DNA of 64,000 nucleotides from Haliotis rufescens. Taxonomy: Eukaryota. The stretch covers positions 3,782,001 to 3,846,000 of the forward strand of contig NW_025964068.1 in NCBI RefSeq assembly GCF_023055435.1. Reading direction: 5' to 3'. Made by a program: the position numbers and the translations under genes. The notes beneath the pieces were generated by a model. That model was not told where the DNA came from. It ran no database searches and was given only the letters and a program-made list of their open reading frames with translations. Numbering within the stretch: the stretch's first letter is position 1; every line of letters begins with the position of its first letter. Of this stretch, positions 47,290 through 61,438 are shown piece by piece.

Positions 47290-48956
47290 CATTGGGTAAC
47301 TGCAAAAGACACCATCCATCCATCCATCCATCCACCTGTCCCTGTACATTGACACACAATCAGCTAGGTCATACATTGGGGTAACTGCAAGAGACACCAT
47401 CCATCCATCCATTCATCCATCCACATACCTGTCCCTGTACATTGACGCACAATCAGCTAGGTCATACATTGGGGTAACTGCAAGAGACACCATCCATCCA
47501 TCCATCCATTCATCCATCCACCTGTCCCTGTACATTGACACACAATCAGCTAGGTCATACATTGGGTAACTGCAAGAGACACCATCCATCCATCCATCCA
47601 TCCATCCATCCACCTGTCCCTGTACATTGAGACACAGTCAGCTAGGTCATACATTGGGTAACTGCAAGAGACCCCATCCATCCATCCATCCACCTACCTG
47701 TCCGTGTACATTGACACACAATCAGCTAGGTCATACATTGGGGTAACTGCAAGAGACCCCATCCATCCATCCATCCACCTACCTGTCCGTGTACATTGAC
47801 ACACAATCAGCTAGGTCATACATTGGGGTAACTGCAAGAGACACCATCTATCCATCCATCCATCCATCCACCTACCTGTCCCGGTACATTGAGACACAAT
47901 CAGCTAGGTCATACATTGGGTAACTGCAAGAGACACCATCCATCCATCCATCCACCTACCTGTCCGTGTACATTGACACACAATCAGCTAGGTCATACAT
48001 TGGGGTAACTGCAAGAGACACCATCCATCCATCCACCCACCTACCTGTCCCTGTACATTGACACACAATCAGCTAGGTCATACATTGGGTAACTGCAAGA
48101 GACACCATCCATCCATCCATCCATCCATCCACCTACCTGTCCCGGTACATTGAGACACAATCAGCTAGGTCATACATTGGGTAACTGCAAGAGACACCAT
48201 CCATCAATCCATCCACCTACCTGTCCCTGTACATTGACACACAATCAGCTAGGTCATACATTGGGGTAACTGCAAGAGACACCATCCATCCATCCACCCA
48301 CCTACCTGTCCCTGTACATTGACACACAATCAGCTAGGTCATACATTGGGGTAACTGCAAGAGACACCATCCATCCATCCACCCACCCACCTACCTGTCC
48401 CTGTACATTGACACACAATCAGCTAGGTCATTCATTGGGGTAACTGCAAGAGACACCATCCATCCATCCATCCACCTACCTGTCCCTGTACATTGAGACA
48501 CAATCAGCTAGGTCATACATTGGGTAACTGCAAGAGACACCATCCATCCATCCATCCACCTACCTGTCCCTGTACATTGACACACAATCAGCTAGGTCAT
48601 ACATTGGGTAACTGCAAGAGACACCATCCATCCATCCATCCACCTACCTGTCCCTGTACATTGACACACAATCAGCTAGGTCATACATTGGGTAACTGCA
48701 AGAGACACCATCCATCCATCCATCCACCTACCTGTCCCTGTACATTGACACACAATCAGCTAGGTCATACATTGGGTAACTGCAAGAGACACCATCCATC
48801 CATCCATCCATCCATCCATCCACCTACCTGTCCCTGTACATTGACACACAATCAGCTAGGTCATACATTGGGGTAACTGCAAGGGACACCATCCATCCAT
48901 CCATCCATCCACCTGTCCCTGTACATTGACACACAATCAGCTAGGTCATACATTGT
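47290..48956 (+). repeat. ~80-90-bp minisatellite with embedded variable (CCAT)n
   Basis: cattgggtaactgcaagagacac(catc)n cacctacctgtccctgtacattgacacacaatcagctaggtcata, about 20 copies. Confidence 0.95.
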
Positions 48957-49062
48957 AACAACCCCGATAACCAGGCTCATGTTGTGCATCCATGTGGGGA
49001 TTCCAGATTAGAGTAGCTCCCAAGCAGCCATGGCATACCGTAACAGGTGAGTAAATGAACTA

Positions 49063-49392
49063 CTGTATTCGACGTAATAAGCGCTCAGGGCGCTCTCAAA
49101 ATTAGAAATAGGGGGCTCTCATTAGAATATTACTTTGGTGAAAAGATAAATCTAGTGGTTTAAGCTGACTGCCTGAAATGTTTATGTACGACAGATATAT
49201 TTTTCCAGAATTTAATTGCCCATAATTAAGGGTGCATATAGCACACGAGTGCGTATTATACGCGAAAAAATAAGTCTTGTGTACATTGATCAATCGGAAG
49301 GGGTGCCAATTGGGATTGTTCACTAGCCAATATATCAGCAAATATCGCTGTGGGCGCTTATTTGAGCGGGGCGCTTATTACGTCGAATACGG
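49063..49392. mobile_element. Tc1/mariner/pogo-type MITE nested in an old family B SINE
   Basis: 24-bp TIR ctgtattcgacgtaataagcgctc / gggcgcttattacgtcgaatacgg (2 mismatches); TA at 49061-49062 and 49393-49394; SINE sequence on both sides. Confidence 0.88.
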
Positions 49393-50620
49393 TAAGTGGT
49401 CAGACATGTTGATTCTGCATGAATTGCAGTGTATTCTCATAATAATATTAATCATTGATTTCTCTGATCAAGATTTGATTATTTACAGGTTGATGTGATA
49501 TACCTAGAATATTGCTGACTGGCGATAAAACAAGTAACAAATAAATTGTGCCCGAAACCTTCACAGGATCATCATGATCATGTGTGTGTTTATCCAAGAA
49601 TAAAAGCTCCTATAAATCACAAGTTAAATATATATACTACAGTTATAACAAACTCAGAGGGACTGCTAATTTTAGTTCGTTATAACCAAAGTTTGTGATA
49701 AGCATATGTGTAGCATATGTACAGCAATTGTACGGGACATGAAGAACACTTATATCCATCAGATCATTATAAGCAAGTTTGTTACAAACATATTACTGTA
49801 TATTATAAGCTACATCTTGTACACTTTGTTTCACACCTTAAGGGGTGGTTGTGTAGCTGCTGTAGGTAAGGTGTTCACTTGGCACAAGGAAAATCCTGGT
49901 TCCATTCACTACATTAGTACAATATAAGAAGCCCATTTCTGGTGTCCCACATGATATTGCTGAGTAAAACCCTACTCACTCACCCACACTTTTAATGAGC
50001 AGCTTATTTGATTAATCTGTACCTCTTACTCACGTTTCAGGTAAGAACAATTTTCTCATGCGATTTTTCCTGAGGTCTTTTCTTTTTTAAACTCTTTTCT
50101 GTTATTACTCGTAAAGTGAACAGTTACAGTGTTTTTGGTTGATTTTTTATAAAATATGTGAAGTGGGATCAGATATTTTCAGACTGGCTCACAACCAATC
50201 CTAGTTTTGATCACATAGTTACGAGAGTCAAACATTGAACACACTATTTTAGAGGTTTCTGGACAACAGAAAAGTGTGAAATACAGTGGCAAACATTGTA
50301 AGGTCAGGTTTCCATGGTAACAGGATTAAAAAACAGTGGTGCTCATAAGGACATTATTCCACCTTGATTAAAGCCTATGGATATTGAAATTTTGAATCAA
50401 GTTATTTACAGGCAGCTAAGCTGGAACTAATAGTGTGTTGAAAAATAGTCCTGTTATATTTGGAAGAAAAAGTGAAGTGATTGTATTGAAGCAATGATCA
50501 TGACATGCTTGTTGACTTGGGATTTTCTTGGATGTAGTTCTGTCGGCCTTTTAGGTATCACATGGGCACCCTGTTGTATAGGGCCCACAGTGGTATCACA
50601 TGGGCACCCTGTTATAAAGG

Positions 50621-50967
50621 TGAGGTGAGGTGAAATGGGGTTTAACGTCGTGTCCAAGATTGATGTAGTTATATAGCGACGTGCATGTACGTGTGTGTGT
50701 TTGTGTGGCTGCTTGTACTAGTCCGGACTGATGCCGATTTATAGTGCTAGCTCACTGAGATACCATGCCCCAGTTTAACATGAATACCCCACTCAGACAC
50801 AGTATACAGACTCCGAGCCGACCAGTCCTTGTTTTAGCCCCTTAATGCCAGGCAGGGTAACAACAAGTACCATCTTTTAACGTCTTTTGGTATGACGCGG
50901 TCGGGGATCGAACCCCGGACATTCCGCTCTCCGGGCAGACGCTCTACCACTAGACCACGGAGGCGGT
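50621..50967 (-). mobile_element. Family C tRNA-derived SINE
   Basis: Minus-strand A-box TGGTCTAGTGG and B-box GGTTCGATCCC; (CACCT)n tail; TSD ctgttataaagg/ctgttgtaaagg. Confidence 0.9.
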
Positions 50968-51436
50968 CTGTTGTAAAGGGGCCACAGTGGTACCACATGG
51001 GCACCCTGTTGTAAAGGGGCCCACAGTAGTATCACATGGGCACCCTGTTGTATAGGGCCAACAGTGGTATCACATGGGCAGCCTGTTGTATAGGGCCCAC
51101 AGTGGTATCACATGGGCACCCTGTTGTATAGGGCCCAAAATGGTATCACATGGGCACCCTGTTGTATAGGGCCAACAGTGGTATCACATGGGCACCCTGT
51201 TGTATAGGGCCCACAGTGGTATCACATGGGCACCCTGTTGTATAGGGCCCAAAATGGTATCACATGGGCACCCTGTTGTATAGGGCCCACAGTGGTATCA
51301 CATGGGCACCCTGTTGTATAGGGCCAACAGTGGTATCACATGGGCACCCTGTTGTAAAGGGCCCACAGTGGTATCACATGGGCACCCTGTTGTATAGGGC
51401 CCACAATGGTATCACATGAGCACCCTGTTATAAAGG

Positions 51437-51782
51437 TGAGGTGAGGTGAAATGGGGTTTAACGTCGCGTCCAAGATTGTTGCACTTATATAGCGACGTGC
51501 ATGTACGTGTGTGTGTTTGTGTGGCTGCTTGTACTAGTCTGGACTGTTGCCGATTTATAGTGCTAGCTCACTGAGATACCATGCCCCAGTTTAACATGAA
51601 TACCCCACTCAGACACAGTGTACTGAATCCAAGCCGACCAGTCCTTGTTTTAGCCCCTTAATGCCAGACAGGGTAACAACAAGTACCATCTTTAATGTCT
51701 TTTGGTATGACGCGGTCGGGGATCGAACCCCGGACCTTTTGTTCTCCGGGCAGACGCTCTACCACTAGACCACGGAGGCGGT
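51437..51782 (-). mobile_element. Family C tRNA-derived SINE (duplicate)
   Basis: Same structure and insertion register as the 50621 copy. Confidence 0.9.
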
Positions 51783-52009
51783 CTGTTTTAAAGGGCCCAC
51801 AGAGGTATCACATGGGCACCCTGTTGTATAGGGCCCACAGTGGTTAACAATCTGTTGTTAAAGGAAAGAAAAGAAAGAGTCAAGACAATGAGTCCAGGAA
51901 GGGAAATATAGGTGGCTTTGTCATGATATCACATTGTATTTCGTTAAAAGGGGTATGAGGTGTTTTCAGGGAGGGAAAGATATATAATATGTTTGTCACT
52001 ATAGGGTTA

Positions 52010-52265
52010 AACCCATGAAGATCTGGGTAGAGAATAGATCTTCAGCAAACCAATCTTGTCGTAAGAGGCGACTATGTTTGTTTTAGGCGACAAACGGGAT
52101 CCGGGGATGCGGGGTGACTTCATTAATGCATATCATCGTATCCCAATGGCGTAGATTGATGCTCATGATGTCAATCACTGGATTGTCTGGTCCAGACTTG
52201 ATTATTTACAGACCGCCATCATATACATGGAATATTGCTGAGTGAGGTGTTAACCAAGAAACCAA
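52010..52265 (+). mobile_element. Family B SINE, full length
   Basis: 13-bp TSD cactatagggtta at 51997-52009 and 52266-52278. Confidence 0.9.
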
Positions 52266-52538
52266 CACTATAGGGTTATGAGGAGGTCATAAGGTGTTTC
52301 CTCCATCAACCAGGTTAGAACTGGTTTCCAGCAACTTATACCTGTAATACGGGGCAATTATGTGGATTGGGTGGTCAGGCCTGGTGCCATCGAACCCTGA
52401 CAGTGTTGGACAGTGTATTTATAGGTTGCTATCATACCGTAGGTATATTGCTGAGTGTGGTGTGTGGACAATACACATACAAACTATGTGTATTTGTGGC
52501 AGAATATGTGGTCAATGCCCAAAACAAAGGGAAATACT

Positions 52539-55313
52539 GGGGTTTAAATGTTGAGGCCCCAAGCCTTTGTTTACTGTTACCAGAGGGTTATGGTAAGGAT
52601 CAGGGTTTGAGTGTTGGGGCTCCAAGCCTTTGTTTACTGGTACCAGAGGGTTATGGTAAGGATCAGGGTTTGAATGTTGGGGCTCCAAGCCTTTGTTTAC
52701 TGTTACCAGAGGGTTATGGTATGGATCAGGGTTTGAATGTTGAGGCTCCAAGCCTTTGTTTACTGTTACCAGAGGGTTATGGTATGAATCAGGGTTTGAA
52801 TGTTGAGGCCCCAGGCCTTGCTAACTGTTATCAGAGGGTTATTGTAAGGATCAGGGTTTGAATGTTGAGGCCCCAAGCCTTTGTTTACTGTTACCAGAGG
52901 GTTATGGTAAGGATCAGGGTTTGAATGTTGAGGCTCCAAGCCTTGTTTACTGTTACCAGAGGGTTATGGTAAGGATCAGGGTTTTAATGTTGGGGCTCCA
53001 AGCCTTGTTTACTGTTACCAGAGGGTTATGGTAAGGATCAGGGTTTGAATGTTGAGGCTCCAAGCCTTGTTTACTGTTACCAGAGGGTTATGGTATGGGT
53101 CAGGGTTTGAATGTTGAGGCCTCCAAGCCTTTGTTTACTGTTACTAGAGGGTTATGATATGGATCAGGGTTTGAATGTTGAGGCTCCAAGCCTTGTTAAC
53201 TGTTACCAGAGGGTTATGGTAAGGATCAGGGTTTGACTGTTGGGGCTCCAAGCCTTGTTTACTGTTACCAGAGGGTTATGGTAAGGATAAGGGTTTGAGT
53301 GTTGGGGCTCCAAGCCTTTGTTTACTGTTACCAGAGGGTTATGGTATGGATCAGGGTTTGAATGTTGAGATTCCAAGCCTTTGTTTACTGTTACCAGAGG
53401 GTTATTGTAAGGATAAGGGTTTGAGTGTTGGGGCTCCAAGCCTTGTTAACTGTTACCAGAGGGTTATGGTAAGGATCAGGGTTTGACTGTTGGGGCTCCA
53501 AGCCTTGTTTACTGTTACCAGAGGGTTATGGTAAGGATCAGGGTTTGAGTGTTGGGGCTCCAAGCCTTTGTTTACTGTTACCAGAGGGTTATGGTATGGA
53601 TCAGGGTTTGAATGTTGAGGCTCCAAGCCTTTGTTTACTGTTACCAGAGGGTTATTGTAAGGATAAGGGTTTGAGTGTTGGGGCTCCAAGCCTTGTTTAC
53701 TGTTATCAGAGGGTTATGGTAAGGATCAGGGTTTGAATGTTGGGGCTCCAAGCCTTTGTTTACTGTTACCAGAGGGTTATGGTATGGATCAGGGTTTGAA
53801 TGTTGAGGCTCCAAGCCTTGTATACTGTTACCAGAGGGTTATGGTATGGATCAGGGTTTGAATGTTGAGGCCCCAGGCCTTGCTAACTGTTACCAGAGGG
53901 TTATTGTAAGGATCAGGGTTTGAATGTTGAGGCCCCAAGCCTTTGTTTACTGTTACCAGAGGGTTATGGTAAGGATCAGGGTTTGAATGTTGAGGCTCCA
54001 AGCCTTGTTTACTGTTACCAGAGGGTTATGGTAAGGATCAGGGTTTGAATGTTTTGGCTCCAAGCCTTGTTTACTGTTACCAGAGGGTTATGGTAAGGAT
54101 CAGGGTTTGAATGTTGAGGCTCCAAGCCTTGTTTACTGTTACCAGAGGGTTATGGTAAGGATCAGGGTTTGAATGTTGAGGCTCCAAGCCTTTGTTTACT
54201 GTTACCAGAGGGTTATGATAAGGATCAGGGTTTGAATGTTGAGGCCCCAAGCCTTTGTTTACTGTTACCAGAGGGTTATGGTAAGGATCAGGGTTTTAAT
54301 GTTGAGGCTCCAAGCCTTGTTTACTGTTACCAGAGGGTTATGGTAAGGATCAGGGTTTTAATGTTGGGGCTCCAAGCCTTTGTTTACTGTTACCAGAGGG
54401 TTATTGTAAGGATAAGGGTTTGAGTGTTGGGGCTCCAAGCCTTTGTTTACTGTTACCAGAGGGTTATGGTATGGATCAGGGTTTGAGTGTTGGGGCTGGA
54501 AGCCTTGTTTACTGTTACCAGAGGGTTATGGTAAGGATCAGGGTTTTAATGTTGGGGCTCCAAGCCTTTGTTTACTGTTACCAGAGGGTTATGGTATGAA
54601 TCAGGGTTTGAATGTTGAGGCCCCAGGTCTTGCTAACTGTTACCAGAGGGTTATTGTAAGGATCAGGGTTTGAATGTTGAGGCCCCAAGCCTTTGTTTAC
54701 TGTTACCAGAGGGTTATGGTAAGGATCAGGGTTTGAATGTTGAGGCTCCAAGCCTTGTTTACTGTTACCAGAGGGTTATGGTAAGGATCAGGGTTTGAAT
54801 GTTTTGGCTCCAAGCCTTGTTTACTGTTACCAGAGGGTTATGGTATGGATCAGGGTTTGAATGTTGAGGCTCCAAGCCTTGTTTACTGTTACCAGAGGGT
54901 TATGGTAAGGATCAGGGTTTGAATGTTGAGGCTCCAAGCCTTGTTTACTGTTACCAGAGGGTTATGGTAAGGATCAGGGTTTGAATGTTGAGGCTCCAAG
55001 CCTTGTTTACTGTTACCAGAGGGTTATGGTAAGGATCAGGGTTTGAATGTTGAGGCTCCAAGCCTTGTTTACTGTTACCAGAGGGTTATGATAAGGATCA
55101 GGGTTTGAATGTTGAGGCCCCAAGCCTTTGTTTACTGTTACCAGAGGGTTATGGTAAGGATCAGGGTTTTCATGTTGAGGCTCCAAGCCTTGTTTACTGT
55201 TACCAGAGGGTTATGGTAAGGATCAGGGTTTTAATGTTGGGGCTCCAAGCCTTGTTTACTGTTACCAGAGGGTTATGATAAGAATCAGGGTTTGAATGTT
55301 GAGGCTCCAAGCC
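52539..55313 (+). repeat. 62/63-bp minisatellite
   Basis: Unit gagggttatggtaaggatcagggtttgaatgttgaggctccaagcctt(t)gtttactgttacca, about 44 copies. Confidence 0.96.
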
Positions 55314-58300
55314 TGCATTGTGCAGGAAACAGATACAATACCATGTAGGCTGCCAATGGGGCAAGATAAAATATTTGATTCTGTTACCGGAAAGTAAGGG
55401 TCATTGTGTGTTATCATTAATCAGATGTTATCTGAATGGATAGGGAAATATGTGTGATTTTTTTTTTTTAATGAAAAGAATAAGATATGAGCACGTAACA
55501 ACTTATTGTTTTACATTGACGTAAACCTTTTTGTACTTTTTATAAAAGTTATGATCGTGATGAATTTGTCTGCAAGTTTTGCAAAACCATAATCAACACA
55601 ACAGTGACACTTGCCTCTTTGGCAAGGTCATTGACAAAATGATTTTGTTCATAACATTCAATGATGCTCCGATGAGGATGTTTAGTATCACTTTGGGCTT
55701 CCTCCCACATTAGGCTGGCACTCTGTGATGTGGTTCAAATACTTTTATGTGAACCCAATCACTGATGAAGATGAAATTGTGACATTGCAGGTATGAGGGG
55801 CACATGTCATCTAGTGAGGAAGTTATATCAAGTGTTACACATCTGCAGAAGCACCTGCCTACACTATAATGTGTTACTCGGTGCATTGGAAAATGTTGCA
55901 CATTGGAAAATGTTGCACATTGGAAAATGAAGCAAAATTCATAACAAAATCAGTTATACATGTTTAGATCAATACATGTTTTCACATAATAACCCCAAGC
56001 CATCCATAAGTCTCTATGAAATTCTTCAAATGTACAGTTAAATAAACAAATAGATTATGTTTACAAAAGGGGGTCAACTTAAGTTGCTCCTAGACTACCT
56101 TCCTCAGTGTACTGTCTGCTAATTACCAAGAAGCAACAACCAGAATGACACAGGTTCTTCCATTTGTACAGCCTTTGTTTTTGTACGATGTTTCTGATAA
56201 TATTACAAGTGAATTCGAGCATTTTCTCATGTACATCAGCCCTATGGCCAGATAGTAGTGCAGTTTGTTGGGCCATCACTCCAGGAGGCTTGTCAATCCA
56301 TTAGGAATTGAGCAGTTGGACACCCGTGCTCTAAACTAGGTTCAGTTAAGGTCCGCCCACAACTGTTATTGATCAGCATTAGTTGTGCAGAAAGCAGTCT
56401 CGTGTGTAGGCCTCAATGGGAGTGGGGTTTTTCATGTTATTCAGAATAAATTTTGAACTTCTAATGCCATGTAGGCTTTTTTCATTTTGAAAGGTTTTCT
56501 TCAGGACATTGATTTCTTTTTGAGAATGAATGAAGACAAATTTGGGTTTTGAAATTGGTTATTTTGTTCAGCAGCTGTTGACTAGCTCACACCCTCAAAT
56601 AATCATTATAATGGTGTAGACATATATTAGTAGAATGGTAGGTGGGGTAGTTTTCATTCCTGAGTATATACGAAATGGGTACCCCAAATAGGTTTTATTT
56701 ATTTATTTTTTAAATTGAGCATGATTTGACAGTGCAACAGAGAACTGGCTCAGTAGAGAATATGCTAAACAGTTGGCTCAAAACATAAACAATTAAAGCC
56801 TTTGTATTGAATATATTCCGCCAATTTGTGTTTTCATTCTGATAAGGAGACACAAAACAAGCAAAATAATGAGACTGATTTTTTCCTATTTACTACTTGA
56901 AAGTTGGATGAGGTCAGTTTGAACACTTCTAAATACATGCCAAGCTAGTACTCACATCAACTGGTCCCTTACGTGATCGGGAGGAATTTGTATGGAATTT
57001 AGAGGAATTTGGCGGAACAAGATAAGACTATTCATGATAGTTCAGAGTTGCATTTTGCAAAGCCATGTTATAGGATTAATTTCAATTTCAATTTTGGTGA
57101 ATATTTTGGTGAAAGTTATCATGTTTATTGAAAACATTCGCATGTTTTTATGGTTCCTTATATATTTGTAGGAAAACATTATTTAAGTGAAATATTATCT
57201 GGAATGTTATCAATTGATTAGTTTTGTTACTAATCATAGAACTGGAGAGACTCTCTGTTTGAATATTCTATTTGTTTATGATGATACTTACATTTTGTAA
57301 TTATTGCAGCTGCTATTGTATCTAATGGAAAACACCCATACAGGTATCCATGCTTGTTGTTAAAATAACTTGTGCGATGGAACTGTACAAACACCTGGCT
57401 TCAAACATGTGTTGATTGTTGGGATGGGTCATGTATGGCATTCATTATTGTCACCAATTATGGAGTTGAGTGATTGATAAAGGAATCTGTTCACATTACA
57501 GAATGAAAAAGTGGTTATGGATGTTTAATGAGTGTAATATTTTGTTACCATTGCTTACTGGTTGACACAGACAGTATCTTCGTTCCAGAAACTTTGATGA
57601 CGAAGATGAGAGGTGTGTGTGTGTGTGTGTGGGGGGGGGGTCCCTAACTTTTGACAAGTAGATGTTTTTGTAGACTTAAAATTAAGGATATTAACTTCTA
57701 CTGTGAGTGGCATTCAGAGTGGCATTAATGACCTGATATTAATGTGATAGAAAACTTGCAATATCTATTCCAAGTTAATCTTACTGCTGATTGGCTCAAT
57801 TATATTCTGCATCCAATCACAACATCCAAGAAGACATGCTTTGACTTAAATTGTGTGAGTGTTACTGAATTTTATGATGCAAATCTGTTGGATTCCTGTA
57901 TGGGGCTTTGTCCAGACTTATAACTTTTTAACTGGATTTGCAATCTATTGGACTTGTCAGTCTAGCTGTCGGGCTTACATTGATGTGTATTTTAACACTA
58001 AAGTATTAAAGTTTGTATTGTTTCTACAGCAGATCTTTTGGTCTGAGGCCATTGCTCACTCTGTTGGGAGTGCTTGATTTCCTCAGTGTTTTGGAGACCA
58101 GTAGTTGGCACAGCTGCCTCATCCATTCACCTCCCACACAATTCAATTTGTGACTCTCCTGGCCTTGGACTTCCTGATTGAGTAACTGCTCTTTGCTTCT
58201 GGATAAATGCTGGTGAATAACTGATTGATGCTTCTCATTAGCAAGGGGCAACTTTGACAGTTTTGGCTTTAACATAGTGTAAAACTTAGCTCCATATGAC

Positions 58301-59991
58301 TAGTGCTGATCTTCTGTCTGTTCAGGGGAATTGATGCAAGAAAAGTATTGATCGTTTTATTTGACAGTTTCAGACACAATGGAGATTATGCCCAGTGATT
58401 AGTCTGGTATATAGATGGGGTATGACAAACACTGGGTCTGACAGTGAGGGAGGACATATTCAGGTGTTCTCGCTGGCTTTTGAAACTGCCAGCCTGGTGC
58501 ACTCAGGCATCTCTAAAACTTGCCAGTCCACCCAAACTTTCAACAAACAAAAAAACGTAGGAAAATTACCTGGTTATAAATCTTTCAATCTCATGATCAG
58601 TGCAATGACATCATCTCTGAAGTAACTTAGATAGATCTACCGGTCATTCACACAAAGTTCAGTCAGACTTTTCTCTCTCTCTTTTTTGAATATTTCAAGA
58701 CTAAGTCACAACAAATATATATTTTACCTCAAAGCAAATCAAAATGTTATTTCCTTGCACTGAAAATAGACAAGGGGAAACCCTGATGATAACTGACAAG
58801 CTGACTTCGAAAAATCTACTTATATGAATATCACAGATGTTTGTTCAACAACAAAGATTTATAAGGTACTTTATTTGCCGGTCCACAGGGACTGGCAGTC
58901 ACATGAATTTCCAATACAAGTCTAATTTTACTGGTGAAAAACTGGTAATTACTGGTAAACAGGAAAACTGATATTCTCTAATCCCTATGAGTATTGCAGC
59001 TATTTGCTGTACTGGCCAGCACACAATATTCAAGTCCTTATCTTGGACTGATATGCTGATCCATTAAACAGATGCCAACACATACCACCACCAATCACTG
59101 TTGTGATTGTCCCATTCAGTTGTTTACAAGGAGCAATATCGATGACTTAGACCCTAATCTGTGTAGGGTGTTCTATTGGCCGTTCTCATGCTTATAAGCC
59201 TGATCAAAGACTCTTTTATTGCTATTATCAAGTTCTGTTGTAACTGCAATGAAATTAATTTTAGAGAGTGTGGTAGATCCTATAATTGTAGAGATATAGT
59301 GAAGTGGAACGCCAGCCAAATGCTCAGAGAAGCCTACGATGGCAAGCAATGGAACAAATGTAGGAAATAATCAAATTAGTTATGAGAATCATATCCCTGA
59401 TCATTTTAGTCCACATCAAAACAAATGAAATTTTGTTTGTTTGTCTCAGACCTCTTTGATGGGCAATATATTTGAAATGAGTGCTAATGGCAGCCACATG
59501 CAATAAACACAGATGTCACATTATCGGCTAATGTTATAAGCTTCATTGTTTTCCGAGCTACAAAGGGTAGAGGTAGTTACAGGGATCAGTAGCTGAAGTT
59601 TAGTCATAAACGTTTCTGGTGCTCACATTCCAATAACATGATATTATAATGGTGTGTGTGGGAGTTGGAGAGTGTTATCTTACAAACTGTCTGACATGGG
59701 GATGGAATTAGTGGCAGATGTGTGTCCAGGAGAAACTACTTGTGGTTGTCCTGATGGCCGCCATGGAGACCACGGACACCTAATACTGCATACACTGGAC
59801 ACCCAGCTATCACAGCTTACTTCAATGAAGGGTGTTAGTGTTGTAGTGGGGCCAGATTGGGGAATATCTGGCTGATGATTGAAAGGATGTTATGCTAGAG
59901 TTGAATCATGTGGATCATGATAATGAGGTCAAGTGGCCACGCAGTCTAACATGCCACGAAGTGATGAGCATGAGTAGGCTCTGTAAGAAAC

Positions 59992-60067
59992 CTCACTCAC
60001 TCACTCACTCACTCACTCACTCACTCACACTCACTCACTCACACTCACTCACTCACTCACTCACTCA
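59992..60067 (+). repeat. (TCAC)n microsatellite, probably an expanded SINE tail
   Basis: Tetranucleotide run. Confidence 0.85.
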
Positions 60068-60907
60068 TGTACAAGTAGCTGTTTGTTTGCTCAGCCAACC
60101 ATCATTAAGCAGTCTCATAAAGGAAGAATTCTACTGACCACTTGCTGACCAGAACTCAAGGTCTATGGCTGTGAGGCTCCATAGGGGTAGGTCAGCATGG
60201 TCAGGGTGTTGATGTTTTGTAATTTCACACCCCACCCACCCAAGATCCAACTGAGTATGTTCAGGTTTTCCAAACCCTGTTCACATGCAGCCTTGTACCA
60301 ATGGATAACTTGCCAGACTTGTTTAAGGAGGTGGAGTATCACTTGATCAAGGTTGTAGGTAATCAATAACTTTCTGTGCTGGAGATATATCCCCCTCATC
60401 CCCCCTCATCCCCCTCATCCCCCTCATTCAATAGTAATGTGTGTGACCCCTCCCGACCTTTCTCAATGGCCACTATCTGACCTGTAAATGCTGTTTACAA
60501 ACTTCCTCCTTTTTGTCAAGTTTGTAATATATATCAATGTAATGCTATGCATTGTGTACCCAGTCAGTTTGCAATGTCTTTGACAAAAGTCACTATTAAT
60601 TACATGAAGACCAGATGGTAGAGTATAGCACCCTCGCTTATTTCGAGTAAATATTTAAACTATTCATGGATGTGACCTTGGCTTGGAGGCCAGCCAGGTA
60701 CTGATGCTGTTTGAGATGTGAATGAACCTCATTACCATGATTACTTCATGCTGAGGAAAACATTCTGTGAAGAAACTTGGTGAACAAAGTAGAGGTGCTG
60801 CATAGAAGAAGGACTGTTTTGTAATGGTATGACAGAAGAAATAAGAACTTTTGGACAGGCTTACAATTTTCCTGCTGATGATCTTGACTATAAATATTTC
60901 AGAGCAG

Positions 60908-61438
60908 TATCATGGAACTGTTCTGGGTGAACAATACCTTCCAAATGACGTGCTGGTTTTCTTGGGGAATTAGTCAGCAAAGAGCCAGAGTCACAGGAGA
61001 CTAATCACAATTTTATTTACAAGAACAATTAACAATTTACAATATACTTAGATAATAACTGAGGGTGCCACAGAGAGTCGGTACACACTCTGGGCTGTGG
61101 GAGAGAGGTCTGCTTGGTAAGAGAGTCAAACCCCTTCTCTCTTCTCTCCTTTCTCCATCATTCTGGACCAAGGCTTATATAGCCAAGATCACCTGACATT
61201 TAGTAAGTAATAAATATAAATGTAAACAGTAAATCATCAGTGACATACTTGCACATCCTGTTCAAGATGGCAGACGGTCGATGTACACAAAACTGGGGAT
61301 TAACAATTAGGATTAGCATCTTATAAATAACAGCAATTAAATGTTTCAAGGCATATAGATGTCATGGCTCCAGGGTAATGAGCCTTTGCAATTAAATGTT
61401 CTTCAGACAATGGGTGTCGTAAATCAGTCGCCATGACA
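60908..61438 (-). repeat. 3' LTR
   Basis: Minus-strand termini TGTCATGG...CCATGATA; preceded by PPT aaaggagggaag (61440-61451); TATA near 61176-61181; AATAAA near 61013-61018. Confidence 0.8.

Larger units (their letters stand above)
50554..51844 (+). repeat. 38-bp minisatellite containing two SINE copies
   Basis: Unit gggcccacagtggtatcacatgggcaccctgttgtata. Confidence 0.93.

Noticed and set aside
47290-48956. CRISPR-like appearance (constant repeat plus variable segment)
   Set aside because: The variable part is only (CCAT)n length; no unique spacers, no cas genes, eukaryotic intron.
48991-49030. Apparent compensatory changes (GGGG/CCC) in a family B SINE head
   Set aside because: The 5' strand may derive from an adjacent antisense family A fragment, so it was not counted as covariation.
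52485-52545. Possible SH2B PH exon (ggcag|AATATGTG.., EYVVNAQ)
   Set aside because: Lies between a SINE relic and a minisatellite, lacks a donor, and the preceding expected exon is absent.
40256-54673. Repetitive ORFs at 40.2-41.4, 48.5-48.9 and 52.4-54.7 kb
   Set aside because: Products of 63-, 84- and 62/63-bp tandem units with frequent frameshifting indels.
52539-55313. Telomere-like AGGGTT motifs in the array
   Set aside because: Isolated hexamers, never tandem TTAGGG; not an interstitial telomere.
55750-55800. Hammerhead-like core CTGATGA..GAAA..GTA
   Set aside because: No stem II, and stems I and III pair poorly; likely chance.
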